This document shows, piece after piece, positions 62,348-64,000 of a stretch of 64,000 nt of DNA. The DNA comes from an uncultured Chloroflexia bacterium. GTDB lineage: Bacteria > Chloroflexota > Limnocylindria > Limnocylindrales > CSP1-4. Numbering within the stretch: the first letter of the stretch is position 1; each line of letters starts with the position of its first letter. The stretch covers positions 159,728 through 223,727 of the forward strand of contig CAVXNF010000006.1 of assembly GCA_963763075.1 (NCBI GenBank), in the 5' to 3' direction. The notes below the pieces were generated by a model. The model ran no database searches and was not told the DNA's origin. It saw only the letters and a list, made by a program, of their open reading frames with translations. Made by a program: the position numbers and the translations under genes.

Positions 62348-64000
62348 TCAGGTGCGGATGCGGCCCCCGACGGCGGGCAGCGCCGCCACGACCGCGGCCA
62401 CCGCCGCCTCGACCTCGGGCTCGGTGAGCGTCCGGTCCGCGGCGCCGAGCCGCAGCCGGTAGGCGAGGCTCTTCTCGTCGCCGCGAGCGGCACGCCGCGG
62501 TAGATGTCGAACAGCGCGACGCCCTGCAGCAGCTCGCCGGCGTGGGCGCGGATGACGCGCCTCGACGGCGGCCGCGGCGTCGCCTCGGGGACGACGATCG
62601 CGAGGTCGCGGTCGACCTCGGGAAAGCGGCCGACCGCAGGCCGCCCGTTCCGGCGCCAGGCGGCCCGCGGCGAGCCCCTCGAGCGCGACCTCGGCCACGA
62701 TGACGCGGTCGGTCGTGCGCAGCTCCCAGGCCTCGACGATGTGCGGGTGGAGCTCGCCGACGATGGCCTGCAGCCGGTCCCGCGACATCGCGCGCGCGCC
62801 GTGCGGCCGGGGTGGAACAGCGGCTCGTCGGCGCTCGGGCGTCGTAGGTCACGCCGGCCGAGGCCGAGCCGCGTCGCGAGGAGCTCGAGCACGCCCTTCG
62901 CGTCGTCGAGGTCGTACGGGCGCGGCAGCGCGGTTCCAGGCGGGCGCATCGGCCGCGCCGACGAGCGCGAACCCGAGCCGCCACCACTCGCGCGGCTCGT
63001 CGCCGGTCCGGGCGTAGCCCTTGCCGATCTCGAACACCGCGACGTCCGCGGTGCCGTGGCGGAGGTTGCCGCCCACGACGTCGAGCAGGCTGCCCAGCAG
63101 GTTCCGGCGGAGCACCGAGTGGTCGCGCGACAGCGGGTTGCCGACGCCGATCGGGTCGCCGCCGGGCTGCGTCGTCGTCGCCGATCGACGGGACCTCGCG
63201 GCGGAGGACGAACGTCTCGACGTGCCGGGGGGACACGAGCGCGGTCGTCACGACCTCGGTGAGGCCGGCGCCGGCGAGCGTGTCGCGGACGAGCTCCCGG
63301 ACCTCGAGCGGTGACGGCGCGGAAGTGGGGCATCTCGGTGTCCGGCGTGACCGACGGCACGAGCTCGTAGCCGCGGACCCGGGCGATCTCCTCGGCGACG
63401 TCCGCCTCGATCGCGATGTCGCGGCGCCAGGTGGGCACGAGCGCGGCCAGCGTGCCGTCCGGCGTCGCCATCGACGGCGAGCCGGTCGGGCTGGAGCGCG
63501 ACGACGACCTGCTCCCCGGTCGCGGCCGGCTCGGTCTCGACGCCCACGCGGGCGAGCAGCTCCCGCTGCTCGTCGGCGGTCAGCGACGTGCCCAGGAGGC
63601 GGTTGACGCGCGCCGGGCCGGAACGCGACCCGCGACGGGCGGCGGCTCGTCGGGCGCGGTGTCCACGCGCGCCCGGGCGCGATCGCGCCGCCGGCCCACT
63701 CGCGCGATGCAGCTGGGCCGTGCGGTCGGCGCCGATGCGCGCCAGGCGCGTGCTCCTGGCCCTTCTCGAAGCGCGAGCTCGCCTCGGAGCGGAGCGCGAG
63801 CCGCTGGGCCGTGCGCCGGATGCTCACCGGGTCGAAGATCGGCGCTCTCGACGACGACGTCGCGTGGTCGCGTCCGAGACCTCGCTGTCGGCCCCGCCCA
63901 TGACGCCCGGCGATGCCGATCGCGCCCTCCGGGTCGGCGATGAGCAGCATGTCGTCGGTCGAGGTCGCGGTCGACGTGGTCCAGCGTCTCGAGCTGCTCC
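62348..64000 (-). CDS. pheT: Phenylalanine--tRNA ligase beta subunit, 3' part (the gene continues beyond the window); about 6 frame changes
   Basis: The C-terminal FDX-ACB-like part reads ...VDRDLAIVVPE...ELLQGVALFDIYRG... / EKSLAYRLRLGAADRTLTEPEVEAAV. The B5/B3-4 pieces are ...TWRRDIAIEADVAEEIARVRGYE... and ...AGVMGG-like sequence near 63900. Confidence 0.85.

Overview
This is a high-GC (about 70% by eye, not computed) bacterial chromosomal segment, made almost entirely of conserved housekeeping genes. From left to right it carries: a VanW-family gene, an acyl-CoA synthetase, small SRPBCC/DUF1801/DUF1697/PNPOx genes, an MMPL transporter, a lower-GC ~2.3 kb islet holding one UvrD-like SF1 helicase, a beta-propeller lipoprotein, a DUF2231-Rieske protein, an ATP-dependent DNA ligase (LigD type), a tight CPBP protease / APH-like kinase / immunity-like operon, a candidate SRP RNA, hflX, glgX, miaA-miaB, a TerC-family gene, PHP-ymdB-rny, recX-recA, tgt, ruvB, an S9 peptidase, a GT1 glycosyltransferase, ruvA-ruvC-yebC, an EF-G paralog, a Pro-rich membrane protein with a TAP-type hydrolase, hisA placed divergently from a yerC(hisR-like)-hisGDCBHF-IE operon, tyrS with a 2H phosphoesterase, a class A PBP, and mutS2-mpg-cvpA-pheT. 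RNase Y/YmdB, MutS2 and Bacillus-like gene order in a high-GC genome point to a deep-branching Terrabacteria lineage, for example Thermoleophilia/Rubrobacteria-like Actinomycetota or Chloroflexota. That placement is inference only. The dominant technical observation is that most long genes, including recA, ruvABC, rny, tgt, pheT and the his genes, need one to about ten frame switches to be read. This most likely reflects uncorrected indel errors rather than real pseudogenes, so all coordinates are approximate and frame-broken genes are reported as CDS. I found no CRISPR array, transposase, integrase, rRNA or clear tRNA. The items most worth a second look are the SRP-RNA-like element at 17.8-18.0 kb, the TrpR-like regulator translationally coupled to hisG with a paired palindromic operator candidate, the orphan helicase islet, and the CPBP/kinase/immunity-like operon.
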